Notes under the pieces: generated by a model
What the model saw: only the letters and a program-made list of their open reading frames with translations
Told to the model about the DNA's origin: nothing
Database searches by the model: none
Position numbers and translations under genes: made by a program
Source of the DNA: an uncultured Verrucomicrobiae bacterium
GTDB lineage: Bacteria; Verrucomicrobiota; Verrucomicrobiia; Limisphaerales; Palsa-1400
Reading direction: 5' to 3'
DNA: 64,000 bases
NCBI GenBank assembly: GCA_963707025.1
Contig: CAVPOM010000005.1
Span: 128,001 to 192,000, forward strand
Shown: positions 40,405-50,164 of the stretch, in pieces
Numbering within the stretch: position 1 is the first letter of the stretch
Layout of the letters: every line of letters begins with the position of its first letter

Positions 40405-40970
40405 CACATAACGAACTCTTTCCAGGCGGTCGGCGTCGTGATCGGGGCCAGGAACTTGAGCAACTCCAGCAGCCGGTCGCGCCGTTCGACCGCAAAGCTC
40501 ACGCACAAGGACAAGGGCATCGTCTTTGGGCACAACGGCGGCATGAACCGGGCGCGAGCTTCTCTCCAAAACGAACTTTCCACGAAAGAGGCCCAGCCAC
40601 CACTGACGCCACCGCTCCAGCGTGCGGCGGTCGATCCCCAGGGCCTCGCGCAGCAACTGCACTCGTTCGGGCTTCAGGCCGTGGATCATGGCCGACACCA
40701 GCACCACGACCAAACCGGCATAAACGCGCCGCCCCATGAAGCGCACCGAGGGCGGAGTATGCCGCCGCCGGCAGCCCTCCCTGGCGCAACACAAGCTGAA
40801 GCGCAGTGTCCCATTGCGGGCCGCCCCGGGGCTTGCGGTCATAATCGCTGCGGTGCAAGCGTGCCACCGCAAAGCAGGCAGCCCTTCAGGCGCGCCTCCT
40901 GGCCGTCAAATCGGCATCGACTTTTTCCAGCAGTTGAAATAGCTGTTGATCCGCCAGATGGTTCTGGCAC
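40405..40970 (-). pseudogene. Zn-ribbon/HTH hypothetical protein of the same transposon-like cassette, frameshifted (approximate limits)
   Basis: Fragments CLLCGG.LH...Y.RKPRGG, RFSLCC...CRRR.TPPSVRF.GRRVY and RRTLERWRQWW. Confidence 0.5.
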
Positions 40971-41017
40971 CAGTTTTCTCCGGTTCTATTTTTCAACACC
41001 TTAGATCGGAGAGAAAA

Positions 41018-41049
41018 AACCCTCGCAGAGCAAGCTCTCTGCGAGGGTT
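41018..41049 (-). terminator. Intrinsic terminator-like hairpin
   Basis: AACCCTCGCAGAG / CTCTGCGAGGGTT 13-bp stem with a T-run on the minus strand. Confidence 0.6.
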
Positions 41050-41200
41050 CCCGCGTCCGCGGCGGACTATCTTTTGACATGGAATTGCCGTCCTCTGGCC
41101 ACCGCTCAAATATTGACGCGCCTGGAACAAGAGGCCCGGCACTTGGGCTGGCAATTACCGAAGGTTTGCACTCCAGCGGAACTGATGGGAGATTCATCTG

Positions 41201-41428
41201 ATGAAACCTGATTCGATTTTGGGAGAGCTATGGGCAGTCAAAGACAAATTCGCCCGTGACGCCGGATATGACGTTGATCGCTTTGTTCAAAACTTGCGGC
41301 AATGGGAAAAGGAGCATCCGCAGAGCGGCCGCTCCGTTCGCAATGCCGAGGAGTTGCGCCAGTTCGTGGCGGAGGAAGAAGATAGGCGGGCCGCGAGTAA
41401 ACGGATTAGAAAAATTGAGGGAACTTAA
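41201..41428 (+). CDS. Small hypothetical protein
   Basis: 75-aa helical ORF preceded by GGAGA. Confidence 0.5.
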   Translation: MKPDSILGELWAVKDKFARDAGYDVDRFVQNLRQWEKEHPQSGRSVRNAEELRQFVAEEEDRRAASKRIRKIEGT

Positions 41429-41489
41429 ACCTCATCCGTCATCATCCGTGAAAAAAATGAAGCTTCTGACGCTCATTTTTCCCGACTAG

Positions 41490-42150
41490 GCTCAATTCCG
41501 CCCGCAACCGCAAGGCGCTCGACATCATCCCTGAAGGCAAACCCCTGCCCAAACCAGGGAAGGTGAATACGACCGTCTTCGATGGACAGTTTTTAAGTCC
41601 GGCCAACGGGAAGGACTTCCCTGACGGCAAAGGAAAGGCGAACACACTCTGGGGCTGGATCGCCTGGTCGCTTCGCGGCGCCGAAGGCTACAAAATCCTC
41701 CGCAAGGACGACGAGGCCCGCGTTGCGCCGGGCGGCGACGACATCCTGAAATTGCTCGGCGACGCCCCCAATCTGATCCTGCTGGATGAGGTTCTCGAAT
41801 ACCTCATCAGCGCGGGAGGCATCAAAGTCCTCGACACGACCTTGCGTGACGAAACCCTGAGCTTCTTAAAACGTCTTACAGTAGCGGTCGGAAACACGCC
41901 CCACAGCGTGTTGGTCTTCTCGTTGCAGTCGAGCAAACGCGAATCACTCGACTACATCAATCTGCTCCAGACAATTGACCATTTGGCCGCCCGAAAGGAC
42001 CAGCGACGCGAGCCGGTCAAGGGAGATGAAGTGCTTCGCGTCATCCAGCGCCGCCTGCTGGGCGCGATGCCTACCGAAGCGGATTCCACGCCCGCAGCGG
42101 CCGCTTACCAGGAGGTTGTCACGCAAATGCGCCGGGCCTACCCGAGCCCT
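41490..42150 (+). pseudogene. Internal fragment of a DUF499-like AAA+ ATPase
   Basis: NTLWGWIAWSL.G..GY, RVAPG, LILLDEVLEY, EPV..DE...VIQRRL. No proper start or end. Confidence 0.65.
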
Positions 42151-42520
42151 GCTCGGCGGCCAAGCGGTCGAGAAACTGCATCAAATCCCCGACATGAAAA
42201 AGAGTGACTCCCTTGGCTGCTCCAGGCTCTTTGAGTTGTACAACTCGGACGTGTGCTCGCGCAACACCACCCTCCGATAACAACTTGTACAGCCGAGCAT
42301 GCTTCAATCCGGAGAACGGGCAAATCTCTCCGTTCCGCGGAATAGCCCTGTAGAAGTTCGCGTAATTGCCTCCCTGCTTGCAGATGTCTGCGCCAGGGAC
42401 CTCAATGAGAATGTCGGTCGCTTTGTTCATGCATTTTTGTTTGGCCGGAAACTGGCCTGCGCTTCTCAAAAGCCCACAGCCTCTCAGGATCATGTTGATC
42501 ATCCTCGTTCCGACTCGCAT
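42119..42520 (-). CDS. Excisionase/AlpA-like DNA-binding protein (start uncertain)
   Basis: IPRNGEICPFSGLKHARLYKL...VRVVQLKEPGAAKGVTLFHVGDLMQFL, located downstream of an integrase. Confidence 0.55.
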   Translation of the reverse strand: MRVGTRMINMILRGCGLLRSAGQFPAKQKCMNKATDILIEVPGADICKQGGNYANFYRAIPRNGEICPFSGLKHARLYKLLSEGGVARAHVRVVQLKEPGAAKGVTLFHVGDLMQFLDRLAAEQGSGRPGAFA

Positions 42521-42891
42521 CCAGGCAACCCGACAATAGTACTTTCCAAAATCTTGTCAGCAGCACCATGGGTTTCAAAGTGCCGTGAGTATTGGGGCTA
42601 GCGTGGGGTAGCGTAATAGTTGCGAAGGGGCCTGAATTCGGACGGGCCATCTTCCCGAACACGGCCGAGCGCATTTGCAAGAATACTATTCCTGCACTGG
42701 ACCAACTGGGAACGCTTTCGGACAGAAGCTAAAGCCGGGATGTCTCTGAAACGAACTGCCGTCAAACCCCACGAAAGGGCCCTCACCTCCGACATCGGCG
42801 CGGAAGTCCCAAGGGAAGCAGTTCCGACAATCTGGAGCAGCGCCTCGTGCTTTTGTTATGTCGTCGCCACCAGAGTTTGGTTTACGCGTCT

Positions 42892-43746
42892 TTAGGAATT
42901 CACAATTGCAGATTCTATCTTTTGGGAAGCTTTTGCTGACGCGCCATCAGTCGCACCATCTTCAGGTGGGTCCGAATCCGTTAACAAACGACTGCGCTCC
43001 TGCATTTCCTTCTCATTGAGGGGAAAAGAGCCGAAATTCTTGGTGTCGAGTCCCTCTTTCTCGAGGAGCGGTGGTGCGTGCTGGTCCAAGAAGACCTTAA
43101 CCCACGCATCTCCGAGCCAGCAACGCGTTAGTTTGATCGCCGCCCTGATGTTCGCAACAATTTCCTGACGGCGCACGTAAGTTCTTCGATACGGGCCACA
43201 CATTGAGCTGAGGGATATCCGCGGCAATCTCAGTTTCTCAACGACGAGCGCCCACCTGTCGCATAGGCTGGTTCGATCCCGAAGAATCGGGCATAAATAT
43301 CGCGCTTTGGGCGTTTTCTTCCGCAGGTCTGCCAAATAGCTTAGAACCTCAGGCGGCAGAGGCACCTCATACGGGGTCCAGTGTCCCCCCCGCCTCTCGA
43401 TGTACTTCACCGTGCCCCTGTCAAAGGAGACAGCGACCCATTCAAGGTTTACCACAGTGCTTGCAAACACTCCCGCATGATGACCAAGGAGACATACCGT
43501 CGCCCACTCTGGGACGATTCGCTCCTCCCGACAAGCCTCAAGCACCACGGCGAGTGTTTCGTGACACAAGGAGGTATACAGGTACTTCGCGCGGCCTTTA
43601 CGTTCGTTGCTGCGATCCTTCAATTCCACGAGGACGGCAGGATTTGTATTGAAATCCGCCTCTTCAATGACCTCGGCACCGGCCTGCTGTTCTGCGTCGT
43701 TCCGTTTCATCGTTAGCCCATGTTCATTTTTCCATCTTTGTTCCAA
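42892..43746 (-). CDS. Tyrosine-recombinase catalytic-domain paralogue lacking catalytic residues
   Basis: EWATVCLLGHHAGVFASTVVNLEWVAVSFD aligns with EWKTLVLIAGFTAMRLADALNLTWEEVDLD of the adjacent integrase. No catalytic Arg or HxxR. Confidence 0.55.
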   Translation of the reverse strand: MEQRWKNEHGLTMKRNDAEQQAGAEVIEEADFNTNPAVLVELKDRSNERKGRAKYLYTSLCHETLAVVLEACREERIVPEWATVCLLGHHAGVFASTVVNLEWVAVSFDRGTVKYIERRGGHWTPYEVPLPPEVLSYLADLRKKTPKARYLCPILRDRTSLCDRWALVVEKLRLPRISLSSMCGPYRRTYVRRQEIVANIRAAIKLTRCWLGDAWVKVFLDQHAPPLLEKEGLDTKNFGSFPLNEKEMQERSRLLTDSDPPEDGATDGASAKASQKIESAIVNS

Positions 43747-45088
43747 CCCGCTTGGCTAGCTCGCCCATCAGAGCTTCTGTCGGAATAGAGGAAAGGGCGA
43801 TCTCGGGCGCGGCCAGCGGCTCAGTGTCGCCAGTCTCATCCGGATCAGCATCAAGGCTTGGAAGCGCGCTCAACACATGTTTCCGCAGGACCCCCGCGTC
43901 GTTTTTGGCGTGATCGTAATCGTCATGAGATGCGCTTTCTTCGGAATGTCCGGCAAATTCCTTCCGAAGCTCCTTGGCGATGCCGGCTTTCTTCATCCAG
44001 GTAATCACCGCGTGACGGAAGGAGTGGAATCCCCTCCGGAGAGGCTTGCGATCAAAGCCCTTTTGAGGCGCCTGCTCCGTCCACAGTCCCGCTTGGTTTA
44101 ACAGCTTAATGAAGGCACCACCAATTTGATCTTCACCACGCCCCTGCAAATAAGGGACGATATACCCCTTCAATGGCTTCCCTGCTCGGAGCACCAGATC
44201 CCGATGGTATCGGAGCCGCCGGAGCAACTCCCCGTGTATTGGAATGCACATCTGTGGAATCTCCACACCTTTTCGTCGGAGGTAATCGAGTTTGTTCTGG
44301 TCGAATCGGATTTCTTCCGCATCGAGATCCACTTCCTCCCACGTTAGATTTAGCGCATCTGCCAACCGCATGGCAGTGAATCCCGCGATGAGAACCAACG
44401 TCTTCCATTCAACGCCGGTTTCGCCGATGGTTTCAAGCCAGCGCAAAAGGCAGCGAACCTCATTGACTTCGAAGGCCACGCGTCCGCGCCCACGCTTCGC
44501 CTCTGACGGCATCCCTAATCCCCGCGCCGGGTTTATGCCGATTACATGAACCACCTCCTTTGCGTAGTGGTAGATTTGTTTGATGACCTTGATGTGAGTC
44601 CTTATCGTGGCTTTCCGATACTGGCCGGAGGTAGCCCGTTGCTTGGAGAACGTTTCGAGATCAGCGTGTATGACGCGTGAGGGATCCTGCCGGGCTTTCT
44701 TGTCCACGAACGTCAATAGGCAGTGGATCATGGCCTGAATCGATGAGAATCTGGAGTAGGCAAGTCCTAAATTTTTCCAAAGCCACTCAATCATCAAGTG
44801 CGCTGTGGTTTCTCCGCTATTGGCTCGCGCAGCTCGGGCGACGATTTCTTGCACCCCCCGCTCGACCTCCTCAACGGTGAGAGCTCCGTTTCCAAGAAGC
44901 TGAAATCGGCGCAATACGTCTTCGGCGATCTCGCGGTTGCGCTTCGTGTTTCCAGCTCGCTCCGCATCATTGTCGCCGGCTCCCTCAATCGGGATACCCA
45001 AATTAATTGCCGGGAGGTAGTTCCCGCGCTCGTCCCGCCGACCAATTCTATACGTGCGATACTTGTCCGGGTCATCAATGAGCCACAT
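43724..45088 (-). CDS. Tyrosine recombinase/integrase
   Basis: INPA, TAMRLADALNLTW, FHSFRH, AGHS...HDDY catalytic set. Confidence 0.9.
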   Translation of the reverse strand: MWLIDDPDKYRTYRIGRRDERGNYLPAINLGIPIEGAGDNDAERAGNTKRNREIAEDVLRRFQLLGNGALTVEEVERGVQEIVARAARANSGETTAHLMIEWLWKNLGLAYSRFSSIQAMIHCLLTFVDKKARQDPSRVIHADLETFSKQRATSGQYRKATIRTHIKVIKQIYHYAKEVVHVIGINPARGLGMPSEAKRGRGRVAFEVNEVRCLLRWLETIGETGVEWKTLVLIAGFTAMRLADALNLTWEEVDLDAEEIRFDQNKLDYLRRKGVEIPQMCIPIHGELLRRLRYHRDLVLRAGKPLKGYIVPYLQGRGEDQIGGAFIKLLNQAGLWTEQAPQKGFDRKPLRRGFHSFRHAVITWMKKAGIAKELRKEFAGHSEESASHDDYDHAKNDAGVLRKHVLSALPSLDADPDETGDTEPLAAPEIALSSIPTEALMGELAKRVGTKMEK

Positions 45089-45205
45089 AATGCTTGTTCG
45101 CTTTCAGTGTGAAATCCTGGCGTTTTGCTCGCAGGCACGTAATTCCGCGCTGCCCATAAATTTGCTTGTGGAAGAATGTTTGACGGCGTTTTGGTCTTCC
45201 AAGAA

Positions 45206-45458
45206 ACCTCCGACAAAATGCACAGCAAACTCACGTAGTCCTACAGGTTTTGCCGCCGTTTCCAGGTTTTGGCGTGTTTTGCGCCCTTGACACGCTCGAT
45301 CTAAGTCATTGAATATCAACAGATTCGCCGTGACGCGCTCGCACCCAAGGCAAGTAATGCTCCCCCGTGGGCGTGCGGTATTTCCCCCGCCGGGCCTTTC
45401 GGTTGCTTGGTCGAGGCGGCTTCCGTCAAAAGCCACCTCCAGCAAAATGCACAGCAAA
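45206..45458. repeat. Direct repeat pair upstream of the integrase (candidate arm-type sites)
   Basis: ACCTCCgaCAAAATGCACAGCAAA (45206-45229) and ACCTCCagCAAAATGCACAGCAAA (45435-45458). Confidence 0.7.
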
Positions 45459-47341
45459 GGTGCGATCGTTACCAGAGTCGCTTGATCGGCAACATAGTTA
45501 TTGGGGTTACGATCACCGCCGGGCGGGAGACGTCGGTTTTCCTCCACGGCCCGCAAAAGCATTGCCTGGATCCAATCGCATGCAGGAGCGAATGGCCTCA
45601 GGGGGCCTCCCCTGAAGCCGAGGCTGATGCCGCAGTACCATGCCCGACTCCCCAGCAAAGTGCGCAGCAGAAAAAATGCAGTTCGCATGGTTCCTGTTTG
45701 AGGTTTTGGGTCCTGTGGGAAGATACAGGGGTTGTTCCACGCGAGGCAGGCGACATGAATTATGGCCGAACTTTGAATTGCGCCCACGGTCTGAACCGAC
45801 GCTGGCGTTTCCGCTTCTGCCATTCTCGGCGCCGACAGGATGGTTCCCTTGCCGGCGAAGGTCGCCAGGGCTTGATTCGGATGCTCCCCAATTGCGACTG
45901 CAAGCGGTTGACCAGGGTCAGCGGCGGAGTTTCCAAACCGGCATCCAGCCGCTAGAGTCCCGTGACAATCCTGCTTTTCAAATAGTGTTTCCATTTGCTT
46001 TCAGCCTACGGCCCGCCAGTGTCCTTGGAACCGAAGGGTTTGTTGGATTGGTGACCAATCCGGCAAAGAGAGGGCCGACATTGGCATGCGACCGGTGCCC
46101 GAACAGGCTGCTTGGCGGCGCTTCTGCCGGTTGCGCGGGCATTGACCTGGGGTGCGCATGCTTAATGAGTTTCGTCAGCAATCGGGGTCACCTCCCTTTG
46201 CTGGCCGGCGTTTGGAACCGGGCGCCGGTTGCTTCCCGCCGCGGCGTCAGTGTAGGCGTCGCCACCGGCGCCGTTGCCGGCCCCCTCCAACTTTCGCAGT
46301 GCAGCCTGGTTTTTGGCGGCCATGTTTTCGCGGAGCAGGACGATGGCCTTTCTGAGCCCCTTTTTCGCCGTCCGCGAGCGAATGCAGGTATTTTGTGGCG
46401 AAGTACCGCTGCCCGCCCGGCGGCAGGTTCGCCAAAGCAGGCCTGTGGCCGCGGCGGCACAGCAGGAGCACGTCCTTCCGCGACCACCGCTCACAGTCGC
46501 CTTCGATGAAATGGGGAGGGGACTTTGCGCACAACCCGCGTCTTGCCCTGCCGGTGGCAGTGCCGGGGCGCACTGCAGGACGACAGGCACACCTTCAGCC
46601 AGTGCGGTTGCAAAGGATGGATGCCCTTTTGACTTGGTGCGGCAATTCACGAGTCCCTCCTGTGTCGGCGGCGGAGCGTCGGCGGCATCACTACCGCCCG
46701 TTGTGGCGTATGGGCGGCCAGCAGCGCGCCAATATCCGGCCTGCCGGCCGGCGCGATAATGGAGTCTCGAAGATCGGACCAGTTGCAGCCCAGACAACAT
46801 GGGACATATAGCTATTCCGGAGCGTCGGGTCGTAGGACAACCCTTTGTACTTACTACTCGTCATGCCCCATTGTAAGGCCCTCTATGTGTGTTGTTCCGA
46901 AAAAATTGCTTTATTCGCTCTGCGCAACGTGACTATTCCGACTTGCGGGCAATAATTCCACGCTGCAACTCATCCACCCCTGTCCAATTGAATGTATTTC
47001 CATTCCAGTCCCATGCGAAGGAGGGTGCAACGCCAGAAATGGCACATTCGGGCGCCGGCTGTTGGAGATCGGGCATCCGGCTTCGCTAGAGCAGGTGTTA
47101 GTAGCACTTCACGGGTTGTAATTGAGACTTCACTACCTATAATAAGTTGTGAATACTCACACTTTACTTCCAGGCGACAACCTGGGTTCGCTACGGAAGC
47201 TCAAGAACAACTCCATTCACTCAGTCGCAACCGGCGCTCCGTGTGGCCTTGGCAGCCCCCAGATCCTCTGGAGATGGTTCTGGCGCGGATGGAACACCGG
47301 TCCCCTGGCAGCAGGGCGCAGCAACAGTGTGACAGAATAAT

Positions 47342-47551
47342 ATGTTGGAATATACAAAATGGGCAAGCCTATCGGGTGCGGCAGCGTATATTGACGTCTC
47401 CACTGACACGATTGGCCGCCGAGCTGTCCCTTTTGTTGAGGGAAAGCCCCGCGTTCCAGGGAAGATCCGTTGGAAGCTGTTGAAGTTAGGCGAAGGTACC
47501 CGCATGGAGCGGCGTTATTTCGTTGACGATTTGGATTTCTGGCTGGAGTGA
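47342..47551 (+). CDS. Small excisionase-like winged-HTH protein
   Basis: SLSGAAAYIDVSTDTIGRR...RRYFVDDLD. Confidence 0.6.
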   Translation: MLEYTKWASLSGAAAYIDVSTDTIGRRAVPFVEGKPRVPGKIRWKLLKLGEGTRMERRYFVDDLDFWLE

Positions 47552-48231
47552 GCCATTTTGATCTTCAACACCATTTTTAGAGGTACCGAGCTTGAAATAG
47601 GTCCCCTCGCGCCTGGAACCGCCACGCCGGTACCACTCAAGCCCGCTTCCGGCCTTGCACGAGCTTCAGCGTCTCCCGATCCGGCTTGTGGCCATGCCAG
47701 TTTTCCTCCTATACAAAATAAGATGCGACGAACTCAAACCCAGCAAAGGCGGCAGAATTATCAAGCGGTACCACTTGCCGGACCTGGACGCGTTGCTGGT
47801 CGCTCGGTCGCCTCAGCGGCCTGCGAATTTGACGCCGGCATTCCACCCGGAGAAAAGCGGAAGCGGAAAGCACGCATGAAATCCGGTTGCCACCTCACGG
47901 ACCAAAATGCAGTTGGCGTTTCCCTTGTCGCCGGAGTTGGAGAACATGACCCGGGGCGGGTATTGCTGGTGCCCAACGTACCTGCGTGCGACCCCTTTGG
48001 CCAATTGTGTTCCGGCCAATGATCTTTCCCTCAAGCTGGTTGATTCGACCTTGAGTGGCTGGTTTAAGCGACCTCTGACACTTGTTACAAACCCCAATCT
48101 CAAATTAATCCTAGCAATAGTCATAACCAGTGGATGTTGTGGGACTAATAGCGGATGCTTGCGATGCTCATTCTACTCAAAAAAAAGCAGCGATTCCCCT
48201 GTTGATTATTCAAACTGCATATAATGTAGCT

Positions 48232-48408
48232 GTGAGTGATAGCGATAGATTGCTAACGATAGAAGAACTGGCCGAGCGTATCCAGTTATCAGTTGAGTGG
48301 ATACGTGAAAAGGTCCAGGCTGGCATTATTCCTGCCATTAGGTTCAACTCCAGGACTTGGCGGTTTCACTGGCCTACGGTTTTGGCTGCGCTTCAGCGGA
48401 TGCAGTAA
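48232..48408 (+). CDS. Excisionase-family HTH protein
   Basis: LLTIEELAERIQLSVEWIREKVQAGIIPAIRF...WRF, convergent with the integrase. Confidence 0.75.
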   Translation: MSDSDRLLTIEELAERIQLSVEWIREKVQAGIIPAIRFNSRTWRFHWPTVLAALQRMQ

Positions 48409-49657
48409 CTTCGACCTTCTTTTCGGCTTCGGCCTTTTCGAACGCCGCTTTAGCCGCCGTTTCCACTACCTTCTTCCACTCTTTGGTCCTGAGATACGCA
48501 TTCACTTTTTCGGGGGTGATTTTCCAGTGTTCCAAGGATACATCATCTGGTACGTGCAAAGCGGCGTAGTGCTTGAGCAAAACTCGAATCGAGTTCCCGC
48601 AGTCCTTGACGACATCATAATCATTGCGATAAACGGCCCGCAGATGTGTAGCGCAGTTCTTCCTCATCCCGTCACGGATCCAGTTTTGCAGGCCTATCAG
48701 TTCGCAGCACTGATCGACCAGGCGGCGTTCGTTAACCGGGGGCAGTGGGTTACCCAATTCCTTGGCCCGATGCAGCCACTGGACCGCGACGGGTTGCAGG
48801 CGAATGGTGCGTTCGTCGCCAGTTTTGGCCACTTCTGCCGTGACCTTGACAAGCCCATTTTTGAGGTTGATGAATTGCCAACCAAACTTCTCGTGCCTGC
48901 GCTTCTTCCGGCCGCATGCATCCGAAAAACCCCAAGGCCATCGGGGCGATGATTTGCTTGGTGGCGTTGTTCGACATAACGGCGGCCATCAAGTTCAACG
49001 TGGTTTCGTTCGGGTAAATCTCGACCGTGACGCCAATTTTGCCGACGGGTTCCAGGCGATCTACGATATTGAGCGAGCACCATCCTTTGGCAATTGCGAC
49101 CTCCCACAAGCTGGAAAATCGCCCCTGGTTGGTCCTTTTTGTGCTCAGTCCCCAGGGCTTATGCGCCTTATCCTCCTGGGTCTTAATCCACGCCTCCAGA
49201 TCGGCTGCCAGGATTTCGTGGATGGGCTGCTTCTCCCGGCCCATGCCAAACTTCTTGAACAGGTCCGCCACTTCATTAACGTATTCTTCTGTTTTTCCTA
49301 CTGCCAGCTTCCGTTTTCTGAACTCAGCCACAACATCCTCGTAGGGCATGGGGGTGGTAGTCGTTTGCTGGTTGTCCTTTTTCCAGCGCTTGTGATCTTC
49401 CCAAACCTGTCTGGGAGTCATGTTTGCTGCCTTGATTTCTTCCAGGACAGAAACGGCTTCCTTACGCGCCGGGGTTGACATTCGGTCCCAGAACTCCCCG
49501 CCTTTTTTGAGGTCCTTCTTGTAATTGTCGATGGCCGCATCGGCGTCAGCCTCTGTGGCGAAATAGGGCCGGCGCTGACGCCATTTTCATCAATACCGAA
49601 GTCCACCTCCCACTTTTTCTTTCCGCTTTTTTGGATCTCTCGCTTTGTTGGTTCCAT
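48374..49657 (-). CDS. tRNA-associated tyrosine integrase (two frameshifts, at about 49575 and 48890)
   Basis: N-terminal arm-binding-like WEVDFG...RRPYF, FGCMRPEE, AKT..ERTI, DGMRK, GNS....KHY. Lies about 190 bp from the tRNA 3' end. Confidence 0.8.
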
Positions 49658-49687
49658 AATTGTTCGAGACTTTCTTGTTGGAGGCTT

Positions 49688-49728
49688 TTTGCTCCAGTTT
49701 GCTCCGTTATATGCTCCAATTTGCTCCA
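49688..49728. repeat. Four direct repeats TWTGCTCC (candidate integrase arm-type sites)
   Basis: tttgctcca-g-tttgctccg-tta-tatgctcca-a-tttgctcca between the integrase start and the tRNA. An IHF-consensus site lies at 49798-49810 (minus). Confidence 0.65.
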
Positions 49729-49847
49729 CGTCAAGTCCCGAACAAGCCCCCAGCAACTCCCGCGCAACTTTTGCCGTTGGTTTGGCTAATAATCTCGTAA
49801 GTGATTGATTATCAACTCACAACGCCTTGATTTCCCTAAGGTTAGGA

Positions 49848-49923
49848 TGGTGGAGCCGACAGGAATCGAACCTGCGACCTTCTCATTGCGAACGAGACGC
49901 TCTGCCAACTGAGCTACGACCCC
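49848..49923 (-). tRNA. tRNA-Ala (CGC)
   Basis: GGGGTCGTAGCTCAGTTGGCAGAGCGTCTCGTTCGCAATGAGAAGGTCGCAGGTTCGATTCCTGTCGGCTCCACCA: cloverleaf, anticodon CGC, G3:U70, encoded CCA. Confidence 0.96.
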
Positions 49924-49987
49924 ATCCCACTGTCGTGAAAATCATTCCGTTGCCGCGAAATTGCAAGAAATGTTTTCGACAGAAACA

Positions 49988-50015
49988 AAAAGGCCGGACT
50001 TTCGTCCGGCCTTTT
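49988..50015. terminator. Bidirectional intrinsic terminator
   Basis: AAAAGGCCGGAC-TTTC-GTCCGGCCTTTT downstream of the mutT-like gene. Confidence 0.8.
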
Positions 50016-50164
50016 CGCACACATCAACAAAACTTAAATCTTCGCTCTTGCCCGGCGGTTGTCGAATCCCGCCGTCAACTATGTGAACACCATACTGCAC
50101 TGGCCGGAAACCGCCAGTCACCAGGTACCTGGTGACACGGGGGACAACCCGAAAAAGGCGCGTT

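Noticed and set aside
39094..40970. CRISPR-associated transposon (CAST) linking the I-B Cascade to the transposase/ATPase relic
   Set aside because: cas3 is intact, no TniQ/TnsD is visible, and the relic is deleted and lies 13 kb away.
45104..46800. ORFs 45104-45994, 45640-46509 and 46162-46800
   Set aside because: They overlap one another, have no recognisable motifs, and one spans the att-like repeats.
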